Source: Nitrospirota bacterium
Lineage (GTDB): Bacteria; Nitrospirota; UBA9217
Direction: 5' to 3'
Length of the DNA stretch: 64,000 nt
Assembly: GCA_035623825.1 (NCBI GenBank)
Contig: DASPSR010000007.1
Span: 128,001-192,000, forward strand
Shown here: positions 38,905-49,391 of the stretch, one piece after another
Layout: each line of letters begins with the position of its first letter
Position numbering within the stretch: the stretch's first letter is position 1
Notes under the pieces: generated by a model
Database searches by the model: none
Seen by the model: the letters and a program-made list of their open reading frames with translations, nothing else
Told to the model about the DNA's origin: nothing
Translations under genes and position numbers: made by a program

Positions 38905-40158
38905 ATGTCAGAACTCAAAGGGACGGATCCGGAGGTCTACAATGCGATCAAGGGCGAAGAGGAACGAGAGCTTTCCAAGATCGTCCTCATCGCGTCCGAA
39001 AACTATGTGAGCAATGCCGTTCTCGAAGCACAGGGCTCGGTGTTCACGAACAAGTATGCCGAGGGGTACCCCCAGAAGCGCTACTACGGCGGATGCGAGT
39101 TTGCCGATCAGGTCGAGTTGCTGGGCATCGAGCGGGCCAAAAAACTCTTCGGAGCCGAGCATGTGAACGTCCAACCCCACTCGGGTTCGCAGGCCAACAT
39201 GGCAGTGTATTTCAGCGTACTTCAACCCGGGGACGCAATTCTCGGCATGGGCCTTCCGCACGGCGGCCATCTCACGCATGGTGCGAGTGTAAGCTTCTCA
39301 GGAACGCTCTACAAGGCATTCGCCTATGGCGTAAACAAAGACACGGAACTTCTTGATTATGACGAAGTGGAGCGACTGGCTGTTGAGCACAAGCCCAAGA
39401 TGATCGTGGCGGGATATAGCGCCTACTCGAGGATCATCGACTTCCCCCGGTTCCGGAAGATCGCCGACATGGTGGGCGCATACCTGATGGCGGATGTTGC
39501 GCACATTGCAGGGCTCATTGCAGCAGGGGAACATCCGAGCCCGGTCCCCTACGCGGACTTCGTCACAACGACGACGCACAAGACCCTGCGCGGTCCGCGC
39601 GGCGGTATGATCATGTGCTCCGAGAAGTTCGCCAAAGCCATTGACAAGGTCGTCTTCCCCGGGATCCAGGGCGGGCCGCTCATGCACGTGATCGCGGCCA
39701 AGGCCGTCGCATTTAAAGAGGCGCTCCAGCCCGAGTTCCGCGAGTACCAGCGGCAGGTGGTGAAGAATGCCAGGGCCCTGGCGCGGCGTCTGACGGTGGA
39801 TGGGCTTCGTATCGTTTCGGGGGGCACTGACAACCACCTCATGCTTGTCGACCTTACGCCGAAGAACATCACCGGCAACGAGGCCGAGGATGCGCTCGAC
39901 GCCGCGGGCATAACGGTAAACAAGAATAGCATCCCTTACGACCAGAAGCCGCCGCGCGTGACAAGCGGCATCCGCTTGGGGACGCCGATTGTGACCACGC
40001 GGGGCATGCGTGAACCCGAAATGAAATTCATCGGAGACCTCATCTGCGAGGCGCTCGCAAACGTCCGATCCCCAGAAAAACTCGCTGCGATCAAGGAGCG
40101 GACCCGGGCATTCTGCAGCAAGTTTCCACTGTTCGCAATGGAAAAGGCAGGAGTTTGA
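38905..40158 (+). CDS. glyA: Serine hydroxymethyltransferase
   Basis: [42 protein letters not shown]. Confidence 0.98.
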   Translation: MSELKGTDPEVYNAIKGEEERELSKIVLIASENYVSNAVLEAQGSVFTNKYAEGYPQKRYYGGCEFADQVELLGIERAKKLFGAEHVNVQPHSGSQANMAVYFSVLQPGDAILGMGLPHGGHLTHGASVSFSGTLYKAFAYGVNKDTELLDYDEVERLAVEHKPKMIVAGYSAYSRIIDFPRFRKIADMVGAYLMADVAHIAGLIAAGEHPSPVPYADFVTTTTHKTLRGPRGGMIMCSEKFAKAIDKVVFPGIQGGPLMHVIAAKAVAFKEALQPEFREYQRQVVKNARALARRLTVDGLRIVSGGTDNHLMLVDLTPKNITGNEAEDALDAAGITVNKNSIPYDQKPPRVTSGIRLGTPIVTTRGMREPEMKFIGDLICEALANVRSPEKLAAIKERTRAFCSKFPLFAMEKAGV

Positions 40159-40295
40159 ATACAAGAAACAGCCAAATCTCATAATAAGGGTTCCCGAGCG
40201 TAGCCATTTAAACTTGGACAACTGACGGTTTGACCTTGAAGCGCTGATTCTTGGAGCCCATTTTTGGATTTGGTTGTTGTGATTTGGAGGTTGCT

Positions 40296-40760
40296 ATGAC
40301 CAGACCTTCGTGGGACGAATATTTCATGGAGATCGCGCACCTCGTGAAGAAGCGCGCCACGTGCCTCCGGCGGCAGGTCGGCGCCGTGATTGTCAAGGAC
40401 AAGAACATTCTCGCCACGGGCTACAACGGTGCGCCCTCGGGAATCGAGCATTGCCTCGAGCGCGGGTGCCTGCGCGAGCAGCTCGGCATCCCGTCGGGCG
40501 AGCGGCATGAGATCTGCCGTGGGCTGCACGCGGAGCAGAACGCAATCATCCAAGCGGCCAAGCATGGCACGACGATCGAGGGCTCTACCCTCTATTGCAC
40601 GAACCAGCCTTGCGGCATCTGTGCCAAGATGATCATCAACGCAGGTGTGAAGCGAATTATTTTCGAGGACGGTTACCCCGATGCCCTGGCCGCTGAGATG
40701 CTGAACGAGTCCGGGATCAAGATCACGCAGTACAAGAAATCAGAACCAGTTCGCAGCTGA
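40296..40760 (+). CDS. dCMP deaminase / ComEB-family deaminase
   Basis: [26 protein letters not shown]. Confidence 0.92.
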   Translation: MTRPSWDEYFMEIAHLVKKRATCLRRQVGAVIVKDKNILATGYNGAPSGIEHCLERGCLREQLGIPSGERHEICRGLHAEQNAIIQAAKHGTTIEGSTLYCTNQPCGICAKMIINAGVKRIIFEDGYPDALAAEMLNESGIKITQYKKSEPVRS

Positions 40761-40826
40761 TAGCCTAGGTTCTTGCGGTTACTATGAGCTTCGAGCCGCG
40801 AGCAAAGAGCTAGAACGAGCCAAACG

Positions 40827-41375
40827 ATGCGCTGTCCCTATTGTTCCAACATTGACAATAAGGTGGTGGATTCCCGGATGGGGAAGGAAGGCGATACCAT
40901 CAGGCGCCGGCGCGAGTGCCTCAAGTGTGAGGGACGGTTCACTACATACGAACGCGTCGAGGAAGTGCTGCCGTCGGTCATCAAAAAGGATGGGAGGCGT
41001 GAACCCTTTGACCGGATGAAGATATTGAACGGGCTTAAGAAAGCATGCGAGAAGCGTCCCATCAGCATGGACATGCTTGAAAAGACCGTGGAGGCAATCG
41101 AGAAGTCGCTCCAGGATAAGGGTCTTAAAGAAATCCCGAGCACAGTCATCGGTGGAGAGGTCATGGAGCGGCTCCATAAGTTGGACGAGGTTGCTTATGT
41201 CCGCTTCGCTTCGGTTTATCGGTCTTTCCGGGACATCAACGAGTTTATGAGCGAGCTCAAGGATATCTTGAGCAATAAGGAAATGAAGACCGTGAAGGAA
41301 ACCACCGAAAAACCTAAGAAAACGGAAGAAAAAAACAAGAATTCCGAAAAATTGTCCTTGCCCCTTGATACATAG
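40827..41375 (+). CDS. nrdR: Transcriptional repressor NrdR
   Basis: [24 protein letters not shown] cone, [10 protein letters not shown]. Confidence 0.97.
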   Translation: MRCPYCSNIDNKVVDSRMGKEGDTIRRRRECLKCEGRFTTYERVEEVLPSVIKKDGRREPFDRMKILNGLKKACEKRPISMDMLEKTVEAIEKSLQDKGLKEIPSTVIGGEVMERLHKLDEVAYVRFASVYRSFRDINEFMSELKDILSNKEMKTVKETTEKPKKTEEKNKNSEKLSLPLDT

Positions 41376-41400
41376 ACCATGACCCCTGTGATTACACCCA

Positions 41401-43569
41401 ATGACCGACCTTGTCGTTGATATAGCCGTCGGTATTTCCGTATACAAAACCTTCCATTATTGCGTACCCGAGGAGATACAGGGAAGTCTCATACCTGGGT
41501 CGCGCGTGCTTGTTCCCTTCGGAAGTAGGCATATACCCGGAACGGTCCTCGGGTTTACAAGCCAGAGCGACACGGCCGGTCTTAAATCCATTATCGAAGT
41601 CCTTGACAATGCCATTACGCCGGAACTCCTAGCCCTTGCACGCTGGGTGTCAGACTACTATATGTATCCCCTCGGCCAGACTATCGAAGCGCTGGTGCCC
41701 AAGGCAGTTTCACGCGCAAAACCAAGAAAGAAAAAATTCGTCAGGCTGTTGCGCCAGCCTTCGTCTCCTCTGCGCGGGGCAAAGCAGGCAGCGCTTCTCC
41801 AGATGATTCTAGAACGGGGAGAAACAGCGCTCGATGCCTTGATTGGTTTTTCACACGCCACGGTCAACGCGCTCAGGGGAGAGGGGATCATCGAGATCAT
41901 TGAACGTGAAATTCAGGTTCCTGCGGCGCCTGAGGGTTTTGTCCCGAGCATCCCGCCCCTACTCATGCCCGAGCAGGCCGAGGCAGTTCAGGGAATTACA
42001 GAAGCAGTTGAAACGGGTCGCTTCGAGGTATTCTTGCTGCACGGCGTGACTGGGAGCGGCAAGACTGAAATTTATCTTCGGGTAATCGCGAAGCTTGCGG
42101 ATAGATGCGGCGGCGCAATAGTGCTTGTTCCCGAAATTGCGCTCACGCCGCAGCTCCTTGCTAGGTTCCGAGGACGTTTCGGCAATCGTGTTGCCGTCCT
42201 TCATAGCGGGCTTACGGACCGCGAGCGTGCCGACGAATACCGGCGCATTCAGGCCGGCCACGTTGATGTCGCAATCGGCGCACGATCGGCAATTTTTGCC
42301 CCTTTCGAACGTGTGAGGCTCATCATCGTCGACGAGGAGCATGAGAATTCTTATAAGCAGGAAGAGGGACTCCGCTATCACGGACGTGACGTGGCGGTCA
42401 TGCGAGCGAAGCTTCAGAAAGCCGTTGTCGTGCTCGGCTCTGCCACGCCGTCACTTGAAAGCTACCACAATGCGAAAAGCGGCAAGTACCGCTATCTGCA
42501 CCTCCCGCACCGCGTGGACCATCGTCCCATGCCTCGGGTGGCGGTGGTCGATGCTAAAGCCCTGCCCAGACCTTCACTCTATTCCCCTGTTCTCGTCGAG
42601 CAGATCAAGAAGCGGCTCGAAAAGAATGAACAGACGCTCCTCCTCTTGAACCGCCGAGGTTTCTCATCCGTGCTTATCTGTGGGGACTGCGGCATCGCCA
42701 TTAAATGCCCAAGCTGCAGCGTGTCCCTGACCTTTCACAAATCGGATCAGAAGCTCAAGTGCCACTACTGCGGCTATCTCACCCGGCCTCCGGACCGCTG
42801 CCCGTCGTGCTCGAGCGTCAACCTGAAGCTGCTGGGCTCGGGTACGCAGAAGATTGAAGAAGAGCTTCAGATGCTCTTTCCGGCTGCGCGGATCAAGAGG
42901 ATGGACAGCGATACGGTCAAAGGCAGGCAGGCTTACGATACGTTGATCCGCCAGGTTGACCGGCGGGAGGTGGATATCCTGCTCGGCACCCAGATGGTCG
43001 CGAAGGGACATGACTTCCCGTCCGTGACGCTCGTGGGTGTCGTGGACGCCGATGTCGGGCTGAATCTGCCCGACTTCCGATCCGCGGAAAAGACCTTCCA
43101 ACTCATCACCCAGGCCGCGGGAAGGGCCGGGCGGGGAGACGCTTTGGGCGAAGTGGTCATCCAGACCATGAACCCGCACCACTATTCCGTCCAGCACAGC
43201 AGAAACCACGATTACGAAGGCTTCTATCATGACGAGATTTCCTACCGCAGGGAACTCGGGTATCCGCCAATCGGCAGGATCATCAAGCTCGAAGTGAAAA
43301 GTCCCAATGAATCACGTGCCGCAGAAGGGGCGAAGGCCGCGCAGGACCGAATACGCAGCCTTATGCGGGGAAAAGAGACCATGTTGCTTGGTCCCGCGCC
43401 TGCACCAATAGCAAAGGTTCGCGGCCAGTACCGGTTTCAGCTGCTCCTGCTTTCCCAGAAACGCGACGTGATCAGATTTCTTGCCGCAGAGGGCAGAAAT
43501 GCGGTCGCAGAAAAATCCGGCGGGAAGTGCAGAGTGATTGTTGATGTGGACCCGATGAATCTGATGTAA
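41401..43569 (+). CDS. priA: Primosomal protein N'
   Basis: GVTGSGKTE, VPEIALT, DEEHE, four CxxC pairs, GTQMVAKG, QAAGRAGR, DVDP end. Confidence 0.97.
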   Translation: MTDLVVDIAVGISVYKTFHYCVPEEIQGSLIPGSRVLVPFGSRHIPGTVLGFTSQSDTAGLKSIIEVLDNAITPELLALARWVSDYYMYPLGQTIEALVPKAVSRAKPRKKKFVRLLRQPSSPLRGAKQAALLQMILERGETALDALIGFSHATVNALRGEGIIEIIEREIQVPAAPEGFVPSIPPLLMPEQAEAVQGITEAVETGRFEVFLLHGVTGSGKTEIYLRVIAKLADRCGGAIVLVPEIALTPQLLARFRGRFGNRVAVLHSGLTDRERADEYRRIQAGHVDVAIGARSAIFAPFERVRLIIVDEEHENSYKQEEGLRYHGRDVAVMRAKLQKAVVVLGSATPSLESYHNAKSGKYRYLHLPHRVDHRPMPRVAVVDAKALPRPSLYSPVLVEQIKKRLEKNEQTLLLLNRRGFSSVLICGDCGIAIKCPSCSVSLTFHKSDQKLKCHYCGYLTRPPDRCPSCSSVNLKLLGSGTQKIEEELQMLFPAARIKRMDSDTVKGRQAYDTLIRQVDRREVDILLGTQMVAKGHDFPSVTLVGVVDADVGLNLPDFRSAEKTFQLITQAAGRAGRGDALGEVVIQTMNPHHYSVQHSRNHDYEGFYHDEISYRRELGYPPIGRIIKLEVKSPNESRAAEGAKAAQDRIRSLMRGKETMLLGPAPAPIAKVRGQYRFQLLLLSQKRDVIRFLAAEGRNAVAEKSGGKCRVIVDVDPMNLM

Positions 43570-43611
43570 TGCGCGGAAAGTCAGTATCAGCTCCCTCCCA
43601 TACAAACCCGA

Positions 43612-45147
43612 TCAATGCGCCGGCGGAGGGTCGCCCGGCGACGTGGCCTGCTGCATCACGAATACGAGCGGAAGAACACACAGGATGAGCACGCAGATGG
43701 TAAGGAAGGCATCGGCGAACGCGAGGGTTGTTGACTGTCTGATCAGCTCCCCGTATATCAAACCGTTGGCGCCGGAACCCGGGAGGCCCTGGGTTCCCAG
43801 AAAAGCCGCCATTTTATCCCGGGAGATGGAATAGGCCGGATCGAAAGGGGACAGGTGTTCCACGAGACGCGTCTGGTGAAACTGGGCCCGCCGGGAAAGC
43901 ATGGTAGTCGTAAAGGCGATGCCCACGCTGCCACCAAGGTTCCGGAGCAGGTTGTACAAAGAAGTTGCCTCGGTCATATTTTCCCGGGGAACATGGGATA
44001 GGGTCATAGTCGTGAGCGGGATGAAGGTTAAACCCATGCCGACACCGAGAACTGCCCGGGGCCAGACGAAAGTCCAGAAGTCCGTCGTGAGATTGAAACG
44101 CGACATCAGGTAGGTGCTCAGGGCACAGATCGTTATCCCGACCGCAATAAGGCGCTTAGGATTGACTTTGCCTATCAACTTTCCCGCAAAGGGCATTGCG
44201 AGCATAGTTGCGAGACCGCCGGGACCGAGGACCAGCCCAGCATAAGACGCCGTATATCCCATGATCGACTGGAGAAAAATGGGTAGCAGCACGATGCTCC
44301 CGAAGAGGTTCAGGAACACGAAGAACATCACCGTGCATCCGTTCGCAAACGTACGGTCCTTGAAAAGGCGAAGATTGACAATTGCTTGTTTGGAATAGAT
44401 CTCGTTGACCGCGAGAAGCACTAGCGACACGGCCGAGATGACCGCGAAGGTCACGATCAGTTTTGAGCCGAACCAGTCTTCACTTTCTCCCTTGTCGAGG
44501 ATGAACTGGAGAGAACCCAGGCCGGCTGAGAGGAAGGCAATGCCCCAATAGTCGATCTTCATCTTTACACGCTTCATGTATGGTGGGTCCTGGATTACGA
44601 TGATGTTCATGATGATGGATAGGATGCCGATGGGAATGTTGATATAGAAGATCCAGCGCCAGGACCAGTTGTCCGTGATCCATCCGCCGAGCAGCGGGCC
44701 GGCGATAGGGCCGAGCATGGCACCCATGCCAAAGATGGCCATAGCCGTGCCGTGTTTTTCGCGGGGGAAACTTTCGAGCAGGATCGACTGGCTCAGCGGA
44801 ACGAGTCCGCCGCCTCCGATGCCCTGGATGATCCTGAAGAACACGAGGCTCTGAAGGCTCCAGGCCGAACCGCACATGAATGAACTAAAAGTGAAAAGGG
44901 TGATGGAGGCGATGAGATAGTTCTTTCTGCCGATAAGACGGGAGAACCACCCCGCCATCGGGATTATGATAGCATTCGACACAAGATAGGCAGTGATGGT
45001 CCACGTGGACTCGTCTATGCCTGCGGACAACGCTCCCCTGATGTGATTGAGCGACACGTTTACGACCGACGTGTCGATGATTTCGATCAATGTAGGGAGC
45101 ATGACCGTGAGGGCGATGATGCCACGGCTCATGGTATTCCGTGTCAT
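43612..45147 (-). CDS. emrB: DHA2 MFS efflux permease (EmrB-like)
   Basis: IDTSVVNV, WTITAYLV, FRIIQGIGGG, GPLLGGWITDNWSWRWIFYINIP. Confidence 0.9.
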   Translation of the reverse strand: MTRNTMSRGIIALTVMLPTLIEIIDTSVVNVSLNHIRGALSAGIDESTWTITAYLVSNAIIIPMAGWFSRLIGRKNYLIASITLFTFSSFMCGSAWSLQSLVFFRIIQGIGGGGLVPLSQSILLESFPREKHGTAMAIFGMGAMLGPIAGPLLGGWITDNWSWRWIFYINIPIGILSIIMNIIVIQDPPYMKRVKMKIDYWGIAFLSAGLGSLQFILDKGESEDWFGSKLIVTFAVISAVSLVLLAVNEIYSKQAIVNLRLFKDRTFANGCTVMFFVFLNLFGSIVLLPIFLQSIMGYTASYAGLVLGPGGLATMLAMPFAGKLIGKVNPKRLIAVGITICALSTYLMSRFNLTTDFWTFVWPRAVLGVGMGLTFIPLTTMTLSHVPRENMTEATSLYNLLRNLGGSVGIAFTTTMLSRRAQFHQTRLVEHLSPFDPAYSISRDKMAAFLGTQGLPGSGANGLIYGELIRQSTTLAFADAFLTICVLILCVLPLVFVMQQATSPGDPPPAH

Positions 45148-46163
45148 TTTGCAATCACCGTTGGGTCGACGGACATGCCGATGCGCAGAACGTGTTCCTT
45201 GTCCGTCCCTTCTTCGAATACGATCTTGACCGGGATGCGCTGGACCACCTTGACGTAATTGCCTGTGGCGTTCTCCGGAGGGAACAGTGAAAAGGTCACT
45301 CCGGTCCCGGCCATGATGCTGTCGATCCTACCCTGGAAGACCTTGCCAGGATAACTGTCCACCTTTATTTTTACAGCTTGGCCCGGCCTGATGTTCTCCA
45401 TCTGTGTTTCTTTGAAATTTGCCGTTACCCAGATGTCGCTCAGAGGGACAACGGCCATGAGCGGCTGGCCCGCCTGTATCTGGTTTCCGGTCTGCACGGA
45501 CTTTTTCGTGATGTAGCCATCAGCAGGCGCATAGATCTTCGTGTACTGATAGTTGAGTTCGGCGAGCGTCGCCGTCGCTTCCTTCTGCCTGACCGTTGAC
45601 ACCTGTGTCAGTCTTTGAGATTCCGCCGACCGGAGCTGCTCTTCGGCCGCCTTTACCTGGGCTACGGCTACCTCGTAGGCTGTCATGGCGCGATCGTAAC
45701 GGTCGCGCGGGATGACTTCCTTCTGATAGAGGTTTTCTGCCCGCCTCTTCTCAATATCGGCCAGCTTAAGGTTGGCCCGTTGCAGCTCGAGGTCCGCCCG
45801 TGCAGCCGCGATCTTCGTCTCAGCCTCATCCAGCTTCGCCTTTTCCGCATTGACAACGGAGGACGCCTCACGGAACCGCGCGCTATAATCTGCCGGATCG
45901 ATATCGAGCAGAAGGTCGCCTTTTTTAATGGGCTGATTATCCGTGACGTAGATCTCCTTTACCGTGCCGCTGATTTTCGCCGCGATCGTGTGGATGTTGC
46001 CGTCGATGAAAGCGTCATCGGTGGAGACGTGCGTCTTGCGGTACCCGACATAGAAATAGCCGATGATCAGACCGGTCACCAGGACAGCCCCGACGATCAT
46101 AAACGCCTTTTTCTTTTTCTGGTTGTCCCCTGTCTGGGGATTCGGTGCTTGTTCTTCTGCCAT
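45144..46163 (-). CDS. emrA: Membrane fusion protein (EmrA-like, HlyD family)
   Basis: STDDAF, ANFKETQ, FPPENATGNYVKVVQRIPVKI; start at MAEEQ after SD AAGGAG. Confidence 0.9.
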   Translation of the reverse strand: MAEEQAPNPQTGDNQKKKKAFMIVGAVLVTGLIIGYFYVGYRKTHVSTDDAFIDGNIHTIAAKISGTVKEIYVTDNQPIKKGDLLLDIDPADYSARFREASSVVNAEKAKLDEAETKIAAARADLELQRANLKLADIEKRRAENLYQKEVIPRDRYDRAMTAYEVAVAQVKAAEEQLRSAESQRLTQVSTVRQKEATATLAELNYQYTKIYAPADGYITKKSVQTGNQIQAGQPLMAVVPLSDIWVTANFKETQMENIRPGQAVKIKVDSYPGKVFQGRIDSIMAGTGVTFSLFPPENATGNYVKVVQRIPVKIVFEEGTDKEHVLRIGMSVDPTVIAK

Positions 46164-46267
46164 GCGTAATTCTCCTTGGTGGTTATGACACATCGCAGGG
46201 GACATGGAGCCGAAAAATAACGCGATGTTGCCCCGTACCCATACCCTCTGCTTCCTTATTTAGCAAT

Positions 46268-47557
46268 CTATTTCCCATACACACTTAGGAGGTCCTTGCC
46301 CATGGAATAGAGCAGGCCGGCTTCGGCCCGCTCAAACCCGTATTGCGCACTCCACGTATTGGTCCGAGCTGCCGTCAGGAGCGTCACGGCATCGAGCAAT
46401 TCGATGGCCGTACCGACGCCTTCCTGGTAGCGAAGACGCTGGAGCCGGAGGTTCTCCTCGGCCTGGGCAACGGCGGTCTTCGTCACCTCGATCTTCTGCG
46501 CCGAGGTCTGGAGATTGAGGTAGGCCTCCTGCACATCAAGACGGACAGCATCGACGATCTTGTCTCGGGTGATCCTGAGTGACGCCAGTTCGCTCTTACC
46601 AATGTGTATCTTGGCGCTGCTTGCGCCGCCTGACGAGAGGTTGATGTTCACGCCTGCGATCAGGGACCAGTTGGACTGGTTAACCACGTACTGGTTTTCC
46701 TGGTATTCATATCCGCCGGAGAGATAGAAGCTGGGCAAATACTCAGCCTGCGTCGCTTTAATGCTCTCTTCCTTGGACCGTATCCCTGCGTCGATAACCC
46801 TGATCTCCGGGCTCTCGGCCTCGGCCACAGTCCAGGCGGCTTCGAGCGAGATGCCGGCTGAGGGGCTCTTCCTAACCTCTTCGGGCTGCACTGCTTCGTT
46901 CAGCGGCCGCAAAAGCAGGCTGTTTATGTGCGACGCCCGGACGGACCGGAGATTCTCGAAGGTCAGGTACCGTTGGCGCGAATCGGCGAGCGTGACGTCA
47001 GCCTGAAGCACGTCGTTCTTCGTTACCACACCGGCGTCATATCGCACCAGAGCATCCTGTTTGTGGGCCTCGTACTGTTTCACTTCTTCGGCCGCCACCT
47101 GAAGCAGCTTTTCCGACTCGAGGAGATCAAGATAAGCGATGATAAATTCCAAGGCCGAACGGTTCTTTGCCCGCAAGGTCTCTATCTCTCTGGCTTGGAG
47201 CCCGAATGCGGCGGCGTCTATGGATGACGAGGTTTTGCCAAAGTCATAGAGCAGCTGACTTGCTCTGACGCCGTAGGTCAAGTACCTATCCTGCGAGGTG
47301 GGGACCACATTGGGGCCGAACTTAAACTGAGGCTGATACTGAAGCCATGTCTCGTTTCCGTACAGGTCCACCGAGGGCAGCCAGGGGGAGCGCGCCAGGG
47401 ATACGGCGCCCCGGGCGACTTCTTCATCCGAACGAGCGATCTTCACGTCACGTCCTTTGGTCTCGACGATTTGCAACCCTTCTTCGAGGGTGAGCGAAAG
47501 GCCCGCCGCAGGGACGAAGAGTACGAAAAAGAACACTGCTATTGTCAAACGCCGCAT
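46268..47557 (-). CDS. TolC-family outer membrane efflux protein
   Basis: Signal peptide, WLPSVDL / YLPSF repeats, RYQEGVGT; first gene of the efflux operon. Confidence 0.88.
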   Translation of the reverse strand: MRRLTIAVFFFVLFVPAAGLSLTLEEGLQIVETKGRDVKIARSDEEVARGAVSLARSPWLPSVDLYGNETWLQYQPQFKFGPNVVPTSQDRYLTYGVRASQLLYDFGKTSSSIDAAAFGLQAREIETLRAKNRSALEFIIAYLDLLESEKLLQVAAEEVKQYEAHKQDALVRYDAGVVTKNDVLQADVTLADSRQRYLTFENLRSVRASHINSLLLRPLNEAVQPEEVRKSPSAGISLEAAWTVAEAESPEIRVIDAGIRSKEESIKATQAEYLPSFYLSGGYEYQENQYVVNQSNWSLIAGVNINLSSGGASSAKIHIGKSELASLRITRDKIVDAVRLDVQEAYLNLQTSAQKIEVTKTAVAQAEENLRLQRLRYQEGVGTAIELLDAVTLLTAARTNTWSAQYGFERAEAGLLYSMGKDLLSVYGK

Positions 47558-47740
47558 GGAAGTACCTCAGGAAAGGTCTAAAAAAAATGTAAGTGGTCAC
47601 TATAATACGCTAAAATGAATAAAAAGGGAAGTCCTCATTATATGGCAATAAAATCCGTTCGTTGAGGACGAATTTTGTTTCACCTTGAATCTGGGATGAG
47701 TTATATTGTCAAGGATACAAAAGCGTAGAACGAGGGGAGC

Positions 47741-48670
47741 ATGCCGCAGGTGATATCCGCAAGTAGAAGGACTGACGTCCCCGCCTTTTATACGGATTGG
47801 TTCGTTAACCGGCTCAGGGCGGGTACAGTCCATGTCCAGCAGCCGTATACGAGCAAGCTTATACGCGTATCGCTCGAACCTGAGAACGTGAGCGCCATCA
47901 TCTTCTGGTCAAAGGATTTTGCACCGCTTCTTCGCAAACTCGAAGTGATCGAAAAAACAACGAAGAACCTCTTTTTTCATTTTACCATCACAGCAAACAG
48001 AGAGTTGGAGCCCGATACCCCTGATTACAGAGACGCGATAGCGGATTTCATCTTTATCACCCGGCGATATTCCCCGGAGCAGATCATCTGGCGGTACGAT
48101 CCCATCTGTATTACCGACACATCGTCCAGTGAAATTAACGAGGAACGCTTTATTCAATGCGCGGAGCTGCTGAAAGGATATGCGCAGAAGTGTACGATAA
48201 GTTACGTGCATCCTTACAAGAAAGTTCTGGAAAACTTGAAGAAGAAAACCGGCCACGCATTAATAGATCTATCCGTGGATAAGAAACGTGAATACGCACA
48301 TCGCTTGGCAGCGAGATCCGAGGTATACGGGATCCATCTCTCCGCCTGCTGCAATGATTATCTGCTGTCCGAAAAAATAAAAAAGGCAATCTGCATAGAC
48401 GGTCGTTATCTGACTAAGGTATTGAGAACGCCTGCCGATACGCGGCGAGCCGCAACGCGGAAGGAATGCGCCTGCACAACGAGCATTGATATCGGGGCAT
48501 ACAACACCTGTGCGCATGGCTGCTTGTATTGCTATGCAAACGACGATAAAGACAGGCCGAGACTGGCGCAGCAGCGGCATAATCCTGAGTGGAGCGCACT
48601 GAGTATGAATGTGTCTGAAGCCGAGTCAAGGAAAACAGAAAAGCAAGGGCAGCTTTTTCAGGATGACTAG
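47741..48670 (+). CDS. DUF1848-family protein (radical-SAM-like, C-terminal CxxxCxxC)
   Basis: ISASRRTDVPAFY, IFWSK, WRYDPI, RKECAC, DIGAYNTCAHGCLYCYAN. Confidence 0.88.
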   Translation: MPQVISASRRTDVPAFYTDWFVNRLRAGTVHVQQPYTSKLIRVSLEPENVSAIIFWSKDFAPLLRKLEVIEKTTKNLFFHFTITANRELEPDTPDYRDAIADFIFITRRYSPEQIIWRYDPICITDTSSSEINEERFIQCAELLKGYAQKCTISYVHPYKKVLENLKKKTGHALIDLSVDKKREYAHRLAARSEVYGIHLSACCNDYLLSEKIKKAICIDGRYLTKVLRTPADTRRAATRKECACTTSIDIGAYNTCAHGCLYCYANDDKDRPRLAQQRHNPEWSALSMNVSEAESRKTEKQGQLFQDD

Positions 48671-48774
48671 ACGCAGGGAACGTTTAGAGGGCGCGGCATG
48701 CAAGAGAAGGCGTGGAATGCTTAGCCAGCAGGCCCGGATTTATCGGGCCTGCAATATTTGATTGCGAAAGGGAG

Positions 48775-48984
48775 TTACGTCAATGTCTTTACAACGTGCG
48801 CTGCTTTGGGGCCTTTGGGGCTGTCAACAATTTCGAACGTTACTTCCTCGCCTTCGGAGAGGGTTTTGTAGCCTTCGCTCTCAATTTCGCTGAAGTGTAC
48901 AAAGACATCTCCACCCTCCTCCCGTTCAATGAACCCATAGCCTTTGGACTCACTGAACCATTTGACTTTCCCTCGAGTTGCCAT
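48775..48984 (-). CDS. cspA: Cold-shock protein
   Basis: GKVKWF, KGYGFI (RNP1), VFVHFS (RNP2); SD AAGGAGG. Confidence 0.95.
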   Translation of the reverse strand: MATRGKVKWFSESKGYGFIEREEGGDVFVHFSEIESEGYKTLSEGEEVTFEIVDSPKGPKAAHVVKTLT

Positions 48985-49029
48985 ATAGGTACCTCCTTCG
49001 TGCGGAGTCGAAGATCGGAATTACGTAAT

Positions 49030-49061
49030 AAAAAAGCCGCGAAGCTGACAGTCTTCGCGGC
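49030..49061 (-). terminator. Terminator-like hairpin in the csp leader
   Basis: GCCGCGAAG-loop-CTTCGCGGC followed by T6 on the minus strand, about 45 nt upstream of the csp start. Confidence 0.65.
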
Positions 49062-49391
49062 GCCACGTCGTTCACTGCAAAAAACTTCGAACTTCCAAAT
49101 ATATGGTCACACTTTCATGTCAAGATGTCAAGGATAATGATACCATGTCTCGGGAGCTTCGGTTTTCACATCCTTCACGCAGAGATCATGGGTTTTCCTC
49201 TTTGACGATCATTGACAGGCGCTAGAAAAAGGTCTAAATTACCATCTCCTGCCAGTCATCGTGGCATAATGATGGTGATTTCGATCTGTAATTCATTAAT
49301 AGGGGATGAACATACCCTACAGAACCGTATATGAACCTCTTCGCATCCGAGTCGATCCGTTGGATTCCCTAAAGATTTTGGAGATAGTAAG

